Part shown: piece by piece, positions 40,601-48,684 of the stretch
Numbering within the stretch: position 1 is the stretch's first letter
Layout of the letters: every line of letters begins with the position of its first letter
NCBI GenBank assembly: GCA_000002435.2
Contig: CM018793.1
Source: Giardia intestinalis
Taxonomy: Eukaryota
DNA: 64,000 bases
Direction: 5' to 3' (one strand)
Translations under genes and position numbers: made by a program
The notes under the pieces: model-generated
The model's database searches: none
What the model was told of the DNA's origin: nothing
What the model saw: the letters and a program-made list of their open reading frames with translations, nothing else

Positions 40601-42783
40601 GTCAGGTCAATGAGGATGCTAGAAAGACGATAAGGTTTTGCCAGAAAATCAGCGAGAATAAGGCTTTCGGAGATGACATCGAGGGGATTGAGTAGAAGCT
40701 CGGATATCTTATGCGTGTTTTGCGGGGGTCTAGTAGAGATGGGAGTAGTGCCAGCCACATTGCCACTGAGGCTGGGCACAGTAGGTACAGTAGGCGTCCC
40801 ACTAACGACACGCTGCTTGGTGGTGGGCGTTGTTGTTTGGCGAGTACGCGACACCTGTATTTGTGGAGACTTCCTGTCTGCCAGCTCGCTTGACCCTGGA
40901 CGAGACGGAGTGCGCCTTATCCCTGGAGTAACCCCAGGAGACCTTGTGCGGGCAGTGGTTGAGACAGGAGTTGCTGCTGTGGTGGCAGGGGCAGTAGGAG
41001 GATGGGGATCTACATTAGGAATAAGTCCAGAGTTGACTGCGGCCTGAATACTCAAAACAAGACTTTTCAACCTCTGGACCTCGGTCGACGAACCACCAGT
41101 GGACAGCGCATTGAAGCGCATAATTTCGGCCATGATGGTGGACACAGGGGCATTCTTCTGATATCCTATCATAGGCTGGAAAAGGATGTCAGAAAGGACC
41201 TGCAAATGTTGCGGAGACTGGATGTGATGAATGCAGCACGCAGAAAGCATCTCGGTGCAAGCGTTACGGATCCCTTGTGACGCATCGCAAACAAGCCCCA
41301 TTGATGCTTTGCTAAGGGCTCCAAGAGCCTTTGTAGTTAACGTGATCCTAGACCTGAAGGAGTCGATAAAGCTTTGCAACTGATCCTTACTCCTAATATT
41401 GAGACCCGAAGCCTTTAAGTAATAAGAGTACCCTTCGAATGAATCTTCTAGAAAGGATGAAACATTGGTCATAACCCCCAGTTCTGTTGAGAATCCATAG
41501 CAGTGCTTAAGAAAGATCAGCATTTCCTGTCGTTGGTCGGGAGACTTGCTGCTGAGCGCAGCTAGTACGTCGGTCATGGCCTCTGTGAGCGTTATCTTAT
41601 TGATTAACAGAGCCATCATAGATTTGTTGCAGTGAGACACAATAGCGGGCCGCTTTTCTCTGAGCTTTCCTATTAAAGACTGAAAAAATTGCTTAGCAAG
41701 TTGGGGAGGAAACGCTTCGATTACGCTTCCCATGAGTCCTTGCAACCTGATAGCTTGAATACAGCACGCATTATTAGATTCATTGTCAACCAGGTGCTTT
41801 ACTATTTTAGTAAGATTGCTCCACGAGTTTGTCGGAGGGATTCTTGGCTGCGGGTGGCTGGCTAAATCGTCATAGATCTGTTTTAGTATATTGCATCGCT
41901 CCTCCCACTTCGAAGAAGTGTTTTGGAGAATCGTTTCCCACCCAGGGTCAACTGTAGGAAAGTAGTAGTCTTGGAGTGCAGGGGTACCCCCGTCTACTGA
42001 AGATTGCAGCAGGGCTGAAGACGGGTTCTCAGGCCTAGCATCCCCCCTTCCTTGTCTAGGCCCTGTGGTACCTTTTTTCATCCCTCGCTGCCCCCCTGGT
42101 CCACCTCCCTGGTCCACTTCCTTCGTTTTATCTGCTATTGCACTAAGAAGTGCCTGGAAGTGTGCTTTAGGGAGCTCTGACTCTAGTATCCCCATCAGAT
42201 CATGAGCGTCCTTAGAGTCTAGCGTGAGTACCTGTGCAATTGCCTCCTGCGACGCCTTTCTAACCTCTGGTTCCTTGGCCTGGAGAGTCTGAATTAGCAG
42301 AAAAATCACGTCGGTGAAGTCTAGTTGCTTTCCCCGTGCCGATGAGTGCTCTATTTGTTGTTTGATAAGCTCTGTAAGAGCTATCAGCGCTGCCTTGGCC
42401 TGAGTCGGATTGCTACTCTGAACTGTACTAGTTACCACTCCCATGACTATATCGTGTGACCGCTTCTCGAAATCTAGGAGCAGAGCCATCGACATTGCAC
42501 GCACATTACTCTTGGAATGGATGCAACAAGGATAGATCAGCAAAGAAACAATCTCGTAGAAGACGGGCCAAGAGTGCAATTCTGGCTCGTCCTTAATCCG
42601 CTCAAGTAGCTGCAGTGCAGCACTCAGACAGAGCAAGTTCGAGTCTCTGAGTGACTGGGGAAACACATCGCTAACTGACGCAATGGCCACGGATGGCTCT
42701 TCCCTAATCAAGCCCTGTATTGTTTCTAGTCTTATCTTCCATTCACTCTTCCCGGAGTTATCATCGGCTGGAGCAGCTTGCAT
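37645..42783 (-). CDS. large HEAT-repeat protein, possibly an XMAP215/CLASP-like TOG-domain microtubule regulator (1712 aa)
   Basis: The N-terminal KSEWKIRLETIQGLIREEP...LLCLSAALQLLERIK...SNVRAMSMALLLDFEK resembles the TOG1 N-terminus (KLWKARLSGYEE...). Helical repeat blocks are separated by a basic S/T/P-rich linker (PTAPATTAATPVSTTARTRSPGVTPGIRRTPSRPGSS...TRQTTTPTTKQR). Only the architecture is consistent, and the family call is inference. Confidence 0.5.
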   Translation of the reverse strand: MQAAPADDNSGKSEWKIRLETIQGLIREEPSVAIASVSDVFPQSLRDSNLLCLSAALQLLERIKDEPELHSWPVFYEIVSLLIYPCCIHSKSNVRAMSMALLLDFEKRSHDIVMGVVTSTVQSSNPTQAKAALIALTELIKQQIEHSSARGKQLDFTDVIFLLIQTLQAKEPEVRKASQEAIAQVLTLDSKDAHDLMGILESELPKAHFQALLSAIADKTKEVDQGGGPGGQRGMKKGTTGPRQGRGDARPENPSSALLQSSVDGGTPALQDYYFPTVDPGWETILQNTSSKWEERCNILKQIYDDLASHPQPRIPPTNSWSNLTKIVKHLVDNESNNACCIQAIRLQGLMGSVIEAFPPQLAKQFFQSLIGKLREKRPAIVSHCNKSMMALLINKITLTEAMTDVLAALSSKSPDQRQEMLIFLKHCYGFSTELGVMTNVSSFLEDSFEGYSYYLKASGLNIRSKDQLQSFIDSFRSRITLTTKALGALSKASMGLVCDASQGIRNACTEMLSACCIHHIQSPQHLQVLSDILFQPMIGYQKNAPVSTIMAEIMRFNALSTGGSSTEVQRLKSLVLSIQAAVNSGLIPNVDPHPPTAPATTAATPVSTTARTRSPGVTPGIRRTPSRPGSSELADRKSPQIQVSRTRQTTTPTTKQRVVSGTPTVPTVPSLSGNVAGTTPISTRPPQNTHKISELLLNPLDVISESLILADFLAKPYRLSSILIDLTNTLLLAGPESICLLNLQEFIDGLFVTACELFRNFDINLLQLDMASINHFLSLACDFASKCTIHDLLTFLHSKGTACNSLYVLKISPHSSGTAEGLTYRMIQATFVQLFEFFCRYCVLLFSLSFSTANPFPNSSLLLPPDLFTKIAKTLETLLVSFFTPSLPGLTKNSIDTIAPVLVRIVLLLKASTGDCPPTSKDSDCTEALTTISNTIFPLFVSLSQEPRHVFNLTSSEVLLLSDPDSLQVPVNIVELSNCIRSICSEMSSKNVPLFPSVNQSTSISWCLTTTIDFLRMYERDERALESLQSLFRTFLLVLQKDVPFTVLSAQFSHGCPPSVQSIIASMIPFHDVDTKLSKIISQLSVPEEEISKSTEPVITAMKLLINHVRDHKELLHSSLCRLLVQLVVRILRIHRDNAIGVIQPCIGASLGVSLSKSAISALNTSVNEHIGSKLVYRLVRYAAIVLLECVESQGCSKFLSSHDAATILVEIGYFCNRSLIQGLFVDETEEIVTDVIELYIGIMMSLLSNGNIETLAKANMSLLLEVYVTLMSFTCDYFVARHSNDAEDLNAEITAMPALVFRFIPENLAQHGSYLLHLQNEVLTKMFIPITDSLQSQINPARKELQGDSNGSATMQLDPLKFIQMLATCFNTACDHVLTYLQLEHGVSPENVFYLLNPDTNKVFADMYHRSYELYGVDSKDVRLCLRFVRSMTETYVKSTIGSGIIDQLEIIPPYYEIFLTSLGYPGTGYSISHNSDNSPMSLQDSASYSEDRSRDSATPGAQAARLIGPPSLHNDVAHHAAAEIANYMSSAIATTESANASISRHKSKIPGFESGASKVERERLVTAPAGFSRTTKQVSLKANLSLLQTSPKEAITQIHEYALRDAGLDSKATGTEEEGEFTAYLEGSLAPLLISSYNMGESSVMKLLVSLKKQHSIWIAENKINVIKTARLSKTGKVKGSITDTPGHSQHAYMDCLNALEAELNKNSK

Positions 42784-43172
42784 TGGCCACTCTGTTTTTG
42801 TTTTTTAAATTTTCTTCATCTAAATTGCGAGCAATGAAAAAGAAGATGGTGATAACGACTATGCGCTCTTGCTATTCTGCCAGGACAACTTTGTAGCTAC
42901 GCGGATCACAGAGCAGTTTATCACCTCCTGCTGCAGTTCCGTCCAGCGCTGTCCATGATCTGCTAAAGGTTTAAAAAGCTTTTAGAAACCACATCGAATT
43001 ATCTTCGCCCTACAAATCTACCAATTGCCGTCTTTTTTAAAATCTTTGGCGATTCCATAAAAATTCCGGGGGCCAGTAACGTAGAAGCTCGGCTATATGG
43101 ACGTAAAGTCTTAAATTTCTTTTACGCCATTTTGCAATTCATAAAATTATCAAGTTTGCCTTGGTGCGGTGC

Positions 43173-46100
43173 ATGGAGACAGCTCGTGCTTTCCCACGAA
43201 ACAGCTCAGCACCCACACCATATAGGAGTAAGGGGGTTGTGGATGTCATTAATAAAAGCTCGAGTATTGCGCTTTTTGCTGATCAGTCTTATAGCCCATA
43301 TCAATCAGCATTCAACTCAACATCTGATAGTCTATCGGTGAGTGATTTCCCTCAAAACCCTGGGATGCATAGTGTGATTCACATTTACGACTGCCATATT
43401 GTCCCCTCTCCAGCTCCCTGGAATGCCCCCACTCCCGTCATAGACGCATACGACCCCATCATAACCTTTCCTACCTCAATTACCAACTCTCCGTTTCTTC
43501 AGCGTAACTCATCAACGGGAAGAGGATCAATCAACTCTGCTGGTATGTCGGGGTCTGCTTTGCTACGCCTATCCACGTCGTACGCACGGGCCTCCCCGCT
43601 TTCTGAGCGAGATCTTGCGGCTGCATCCCCTCTCTCTCCGGTAATGAATGCAGCGGACGCCTTGCGATCATCTGTTAACCAGTTTGCAGAGAGTACTACG
43701 AACGCGTACGAAACCAACGGAGAGATATTCTTTCCTCGCGTTAAGATATTGCAGGATTGTCGCGACGAGGAAGACGTCACCGAAAAAGAAGGTGTACAGA
43801 GTCTCATCACAGAGTATCTTCCCGAGAACAACCCTTCCGCCTCCATTGCTCTCTCAACCTTTGAAGTGATTGCAGAGGAACAATTGGGGGTTAGATCTAC
43901 GAGTTCTCATGAGAGATCTGAATCAAAGGTTAGCCGTGAGCAACTTCTAGATGACCAATATTATCAGGGTGTGGACATTGCATCATTTATGCCGTTTCCT
44001 CAGCGGGTGGGAGAGCATGGAGACAAGGGTGGTCGATGGAGAGGAAAGGGGGCGCCCGTTGGGGTTCCATTTGGGGTACAGAACTACCAATCTACTCAGT
44101 CATCCAGCTCTCGGCGTCTCCTTTCCTCCGCGGTTAAGCACCAAAGCCGCGCAGTCCCCAAAGAGGTCTTTGCGTCATCCGTTGATGACGCGTTTCTGCC
44201 TCTGAAGGGGTTAACAGAACAGCAGCTCTCTTTCACTACAACACCTGTTATGACTCACAGAACAGAGGATGATGATCAGTATCGGTACTCACTAAAAACT
44301 AAGTTCTCTAAGCATAACGCTGATGAGGATTCTGCGCTCTCTGGAAAGGATAAAGGCATGTCTCCAATCACTCACAAGTATACTAACCAAATTAGCCGTG
44401 ACACCTCTGGCTCAATTCGTCTTGGGGAGACGCTACTCGCCGAAGCCAGTCCAGACCAACGTATCTCAATTATCAAACGTCTGCTTAAAGCTGCAATGAC
44501 CCACAGAGACATTGAAGTGGTTATCTACTTTACTGCTAAGCTGGTGGATATGGCGTCTATCGACTCTCGTGTGTCTAGGGAGATAACAGACTACATCCGT
44601 TTCTTAGAAGAGCATGGATATGTAGCTAAAGCTGCTGCTCTCCTGATAAAGTGTGTAGAAAATCACCTTCGATCCGCAGACGGTGCGAATTTCCCAGAGC
44701 AGCTTATCCTTAAGGCTCTTAAGCTCTACGAATCTATAGGGGAATATGACTCGTGCTATCATTTAATTGAGCGTACAGTTCAGCAGTATACGCAACCACC
44801 TTTCTATACTTGTGGTTCTAACTTTCCAACCGGCGGCAGCATGAATAGGCACTCTGTTAGTCTAGACAAGTATTGGAGAGTCATCTTTTTTGGTGCATAT
44901 CTTGAGATGCTGCAAGGAAACCATGGCCGAAGCCGAGAAATAATCTCGTATCTAATTCTTCATACCAAGGAACCAGGCCCTGTGATAGTAGATTACCTGG
45001 AGCTAGAATTGAAGTATGGTTCCTTTAAGTGCGCATTCAGTTACATCTTCCAGTACTTCTTGCGCGAAGAAATCTTGTATTCACCGCTGTCGCTTCTATC
45101 CTTTGAGCTGATGATGCGGGGGTTTCCCAACAACATAAAGCTTATCATGGGAATACTCAAGAAGATGACAAGCAGCTGCGCGATCAACGACATACGCTGG
45201 AAGCTAAAGTGCTTGTGTGCACTGTATTGCATAAGGAACAATAACGCAGAGCAAGCTCTCAATCTCTGCTTTAAGGCGCTATCCTGTGCTAAGGATGGCG
45301 TCCAGTGGCGCATCTTTGTCCTCATAGCCAAGATTTACTTTATACGCAGCTGCAAGAGCAACGTATCTGACTACTGGGTGAGGGAAATGAAGGAGAAGCT
45401 GTTCAACAATCTTACACAGGCGTATCAGACGGCTCCATTGAAATCACGGCTTTTTGTTATAATTGAAAGGGCACACTACTATGAATACTATGGAGATATC
45501 AACACCGCATTAAGCTTGCTGCTCGAAGCAATCAGCACGAATCAAAAAGAGTGGAAATACACGTTAGAATACGCAAATATTCTTCGTAGACACAACAGGC
45601 TAGTGGAGGCCTTGGAAAGCATTGCCTTCTCCCTTACTCTGGGAGATAATGTAAGTACAGGGCGGCTCTGGGCTCTGTATGCGTCTACGGCACAGTCAAA
45701 AGGTGCAAGCTCACATTACATGGTAATAAAGGCGGCCGTCTATCACTGTCCAAAAAGTGCTGACGTCTGGGTAGAGCTTGCTCGACTGTTCCTCAATCCA
45801 GCATACAATTGCTTCAACACTGCTACTGCAGAGGATGCTCTTGCTAAAGCGGTATACTATACCCCGCAATACGGAGACACGTACATTGAGTGGCTAAGGC
45901 TTCTAGTAATTAAGTACCTTGTATACGGCACGAATATCTCCTCTGTTGTGCGACAGTGCCTCGGTTTATGTATTGACATGAAGCCTACGTACGGTAATTT
46001 GTGGTCATACTGCAAAGCAAAAACAGTCCATCTGGGGTATTGCCCTGTTAAAGACTACAATGGACCAGCATCTGTTTCTAAGAGCATCGTTGATTGTGCG

Positions 46101-46379
46101 TTCTTCCACGTTATCCAGGACGTTTATCAGAACCTAGACCTATATAAGGTGGCGTGCAGATTTCAAAAAGAGTACGCTGACCAGGCCACAGGTGGAGTGA
46201 TTGGGGCACTCTCCCTTAGACCCGAGGACGTGCAAAAGAAAACTCCAACACAAAGGTGGTACAACTTCAATACAGCAATCGGCCTATTTGATAAGCTGCA
46301 CGCAGAAGCACTAAACAACCCATTAAGCGACAAGAAGGAGAGGGCTGATTTGATTTTTGGCAGTGATCTTGTTCTCTAG
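43173..46379 (+). CDS. HAT/TPR-repeat protein with an S-rich disordered N-terminus (PRP6/SYF1/CstF77-like fold)
   Basis: Start trimmed to the ATG at 43173 (METARAFP); the listed 43161 start is TTG. The C-terminal ~600 aa are helical-repeat-like with W/Y-rich HAT-like units (SADVWVELARLF, YGDTYIEWLRLLV, KPTYGNLWSYC resembling PRP6 EPRHGELWCAV). Confidence 0.55.
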   Translation: METARAFPRNSSAPTPYRSKGVVDVINKSSSIALFADQSYSPYQSAFNSTSDSLSVSDFPQNPGMHSVIHIYDCHIVPSPAPWNAPTPVIDAYDPIITFPTSITNSPFLQRNSSTGRGSINSAGMSGSALLRLSTSYARASPLSERDLAAASPLSPVMNAADALRSSVNQFAESTTNAYETNGEIFFPRVKILQDCRDEEDVTEKEGVQSLITEYLPENNPSASIALSTFEVIAEEQLGVRSTSSHERSESKVSREQLLDDQYYQGVDIASFMPFPQRVGEHGDKGGRWRGKGAPVGVPFGVQNYQSTQSSSSRRLLSSAVKHQSRAVPKEVFASSVDDAFLPLKGLTEQQLSFTTTPVMTHRTEDDDQYRYSLKTKFSKHNADEDSALSGKDKGMSPITHKYTNQISRDTSGSIRLGETLLAEASPDQRISIIKRLLKAAMTHRDIEVVIYFTAKLVDMASIDSRVSREITDYIRFLEEHGYVAKAAALLIKCVENHLRSADGANFPEQLILKALKLYESIGEYDSCYHLIERTVQQYTQPPFYTCGSNFPTGGSMNRHSVSLDKYWRVIFFGAYLEMLQGNHGRSREIISYLILHTKEPGPVIVDYLELELKYGSFKCAFSYIFQYFLREEILYSPLSLLSFELMMRGFPNNIKLIMGILKKMTSSCAINDIRWKLKCLCALYCIRNNNAEQALNLCFKALSCAKDGVQWRIFVLIAKIYFIRSCKSNVSDYWVREMKEKLFNNLTQAYQTAPLKSRLFVIIERAHYYEYYGDINTALSLLLEAISTNQKEWKYTLEYANILRRHNRLVEALESIAFSLTLGDNVSTGRLWALYASTAQSKGASSHYMVIKAAVYHCPKSADVWVELARLFLNPAYNCFNTATAEDALAKAVYYTPQYGDTYIEWLRLLVIKYLVYGTNISSVVRQCLGLCIDMKPTYGNLWSYCKAKTVHLGYCPVKDYNGPASVSKSIVDCAFFHVIQDVYQNLDLYKVACRFQKEYADQATGGVIGALSLRPEDVQKKTPTQRWYNFNTAIGLFDKLHAEALNNPLSDKKERADLIFGSDLVL

Positions 46380-48628
46380 CTCGGAATAAGTTTTTCTAGG
46401 GATTCCGCGTACCTTATCACATACTCTACGCAATCGCTTTGGTCGTATTCCTTGCACCAATCTAACACTGTCTTTCCAGAAGCCTGTACAAGTTCGTACT
46501 CACGGGGCATCAGTATCTTCAGGCATTCCAGATTACCGTTTCTAGCTGCAGCCATGAGTGCCGTGAACCCGTTAACCTTTTGCATCCCTGCCTCCTTTTC
46601 ACATAGTAAACTAACTATTTCAAGATGCCCGTTCCACGCAGCGCTCATAAGAGCAGTCCAGCCGCTCTTCATAGAGAAGCCAGCCTCGCGCGAAACGAGA
46701 TATATGCAGGCTTCCACATTGCCCGAATCGGCCGCGGCCATCAAAGCTGTCCACCCGTCGGTCGATTGCATCCCTATCTCCACGTCCAATAGCTCAAGGA
46801 GTGTTTTGCCACCCCGCTTAGCGCCAATCATCAGTGAGGTTTGACCATCGTTCTTTTGCAGTCCTGCTTCGTGAGGAGCAAGGTGGCGAATAGAAGAGTA
46901 ATGGAGCGCCTTGACTGCAAAGTAGAGAGCAGTCCGTCCCTCCGAGTCCTGCTTTCTGGCCTCTTTGCCCGTTTCTATTAGAAGAGCGACAATATCAGCA
47001 TTTCCCACGCTAGCCGCCATCATCAGTGCAGTACGTCCGCTTTTGTTAGTGGTCCCAGCTTGAGACAGCAAGCTCTCAGCCATCCTGAGATCGCCGAGCA
47101 AAGCAGCCTGCATCAGTAGAGTGTTCGCCTTACTGTCAAATAGGACAGCAGATGAACGAAGCTCCTTCAATGGTGGCTGCTCTATTGTAATGTCAGACAG
47201 CTCGCACTCTATGTTCTCATCACCGTGTAGATCTGATAGATTCCCCCGAGGAGAGGGGATACCTGATAGTAGAGCCCTGTGTAATTCTACGTCAAATTGG
47301 GATGAGGAAGCGCCTAAATTGGGCTTAGCCGGTGACACAGATATAGGAGGCTGAAGGGTGGATGATGTCAGAGTGTCGAGGATTATAGATGATCGTCTTA
47401 GCTCACGGAGTGTGCTGTCCTTGACGACGGCAGTGTCTTGTGAGACTAATGAGTCTGTCTGCAATACTACATCGACCATCTCAACACTCTGAGTCAGCAT
47501 TGCAATCTTTTTATATGCAATCGAAAGTTCTTCCTTGTAAATAGATATTTCTGAATGCATAGAGGCCATCTTTGCTTTTATCTCCTCGTACTTGGCCTCT
47601 TCCTTTGTCTGTACTTCTGCCCTTCGCCTAAAAGCTTGAAGTATTGCCTTGCAATACCTCCCAATGTCGTTGTAATTGTATATCTCTGACTTAGAAGATA
47701 AAGAAACGTCATAAACTCCTGCGGCAACTCCCTCATTTATCAGCTGAGAAAGGAGTCTCTGCAAGTAGCTTACACGATAGTTCGAGACGGTCGCATCCAT
47801 CGTGGTTGACATTGCAGATATACTAGACGAGGAGGGTCGCCGAGCATGATCAGGACGCTCTGCAGCCAATGTTTCGCATCTGCGCTCTAATTCCTGCAAC
47901 CGTGAATCAGCCATTCGACGCTCTATTTCGCCGTGCCAGCACTTTGTGCATGGAGTTGTGTTATTAATTCTCGCCAGGCGCACATACGCTAAAAGGTCCA
48001 CTATGGACGACGCCCGCACAGAGTTTGCTGCAGAAATCGCGCGGTTAATGTCGGCAATAATGGCTCCGTGGCCATTATTAATCAAATACTCTGCAGCCTC
48101 CACGCTGCCACTTAAACACGCGTGATCCAAAGCAGAATATCCCTGAAAGTCCCTAAGAGCCGGTGCATGTGTCTTGATTAAGATAGGCAGTGCGTCCATG
48201 GAACGGTTGCGTGCAGCGCGCATTAGCGGGCTGAATCCGTTGTCAGGAATGATGGTGCCTTCTAGTGGAAGAAGAGTAATGCAGGCAGGGGCGTTATTAG
48301 ATTCGGCTGCGTAACAAAGGGCTGTGGAGCCACTGTTGTCAACCATCCCTCCTTCGTGTCGTGCCAGGAGAATAACTGCCGAAATATTAAGAGGGCTTTC
48401 AGTGCCGATGTGAGGTGGTTCTCTAGGGTCACCATAGTGCTGCATGTCTCCAGATCCGTGCAAAGGATCAGCAGAATGTGCCACACCCAAAACGGCCCTC
48501 ATCAGTGCTGTCCGGCCTGCGTCATCCTGTGACCGCTTGAAGTTGGCCAGGTGCTTACTTAAAAAGACAACATCACCAGTCTCAGCAGCCTTCATCCATC
48601 GCGAAGAGTCAAAGGGTTTGCTGGTCAT
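46376..48628 (-). CDS. ankyrin-repeat / coiled-coil protein (750 aa; 21.1-type)
   Basis: N-terminal and C-terminal ankyrin blocks (GRTALMRAVLG..., RTALMMAASVGNADIVALL, WTALMAAADSGNVEACIYLV, WTALMSAAWNGHLEIVSLL, FTALMAAARNGNLECLKIL) flank a coiled coil. Its stop shares the palindrome CTAG (46376-46379) with the stop of the convergent 43173..46379 gene. Confidence 0.75.
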   Translation of the reverse strand: MTSKPFDSSRWMKAAETGDVVFLSKHLANFKRSQDDAGRTALMRAVLGVAHSADPLHGSGDMQHYGDPREPPHIGTESPLNISAVILLARHEGGMVDNSGSTALCYAAESNNAPACITLLPLEGTIIPDNGFSPLMRAARNRSMDALPILIKTHAPALRDFQGYSALDHACLSGSVEAAEYLINNGHGAIIADINRAISAANSVRASSIVDLLAYVRLARINNTTPCTKCWHGEIERRMADSRLQELERRCETLAAERPDHARRPSSSSISAMSTTMDATVSNYRVSYLQRLLSQLINEGVAAGVYDVSLSSKSEIYNYNDIGRYCKAILQAFRRRAEVQTKEEAKYEEIKAKMASMHSEISIYKEELSIAYKKIAMLTQSVEMVDVVLQTDSLVSQDTAVVKDSTLRELRRSSIILDTLTSSTLQPPISVSPAKPNLGASSSQFDVELHRALLSGIPSPRGNLSDLHGDENIECELSDITIEQPPLKELRSSAVLFDSKANTLLMQAALLGDLRMAESLLSQAGTTNKSGRTALMMAASVGNADIVALLIETGKEARKQDSEGRTALYFAVKALHYSSIRHLAPHEAGLQKNDGQTSLMIGAKRGGKTLLELLDVEIGMQSTDGWTALMAAADSGNVEACIYLVSREAGFSMKSGWTALMSAAWNGHLEIVSLLCEKEAGMQKVNGFTALMAAARNGNLECLKILMPREYELVQASGKTVLDWCKEYDQSDCVEYVIRYAESLEKLIPS

Positions 48629-48684
48629 GGCAATATCCCATTAAAAAATTCTGCTTCATACAAAACCTTTTCCCAGGCTACAGT

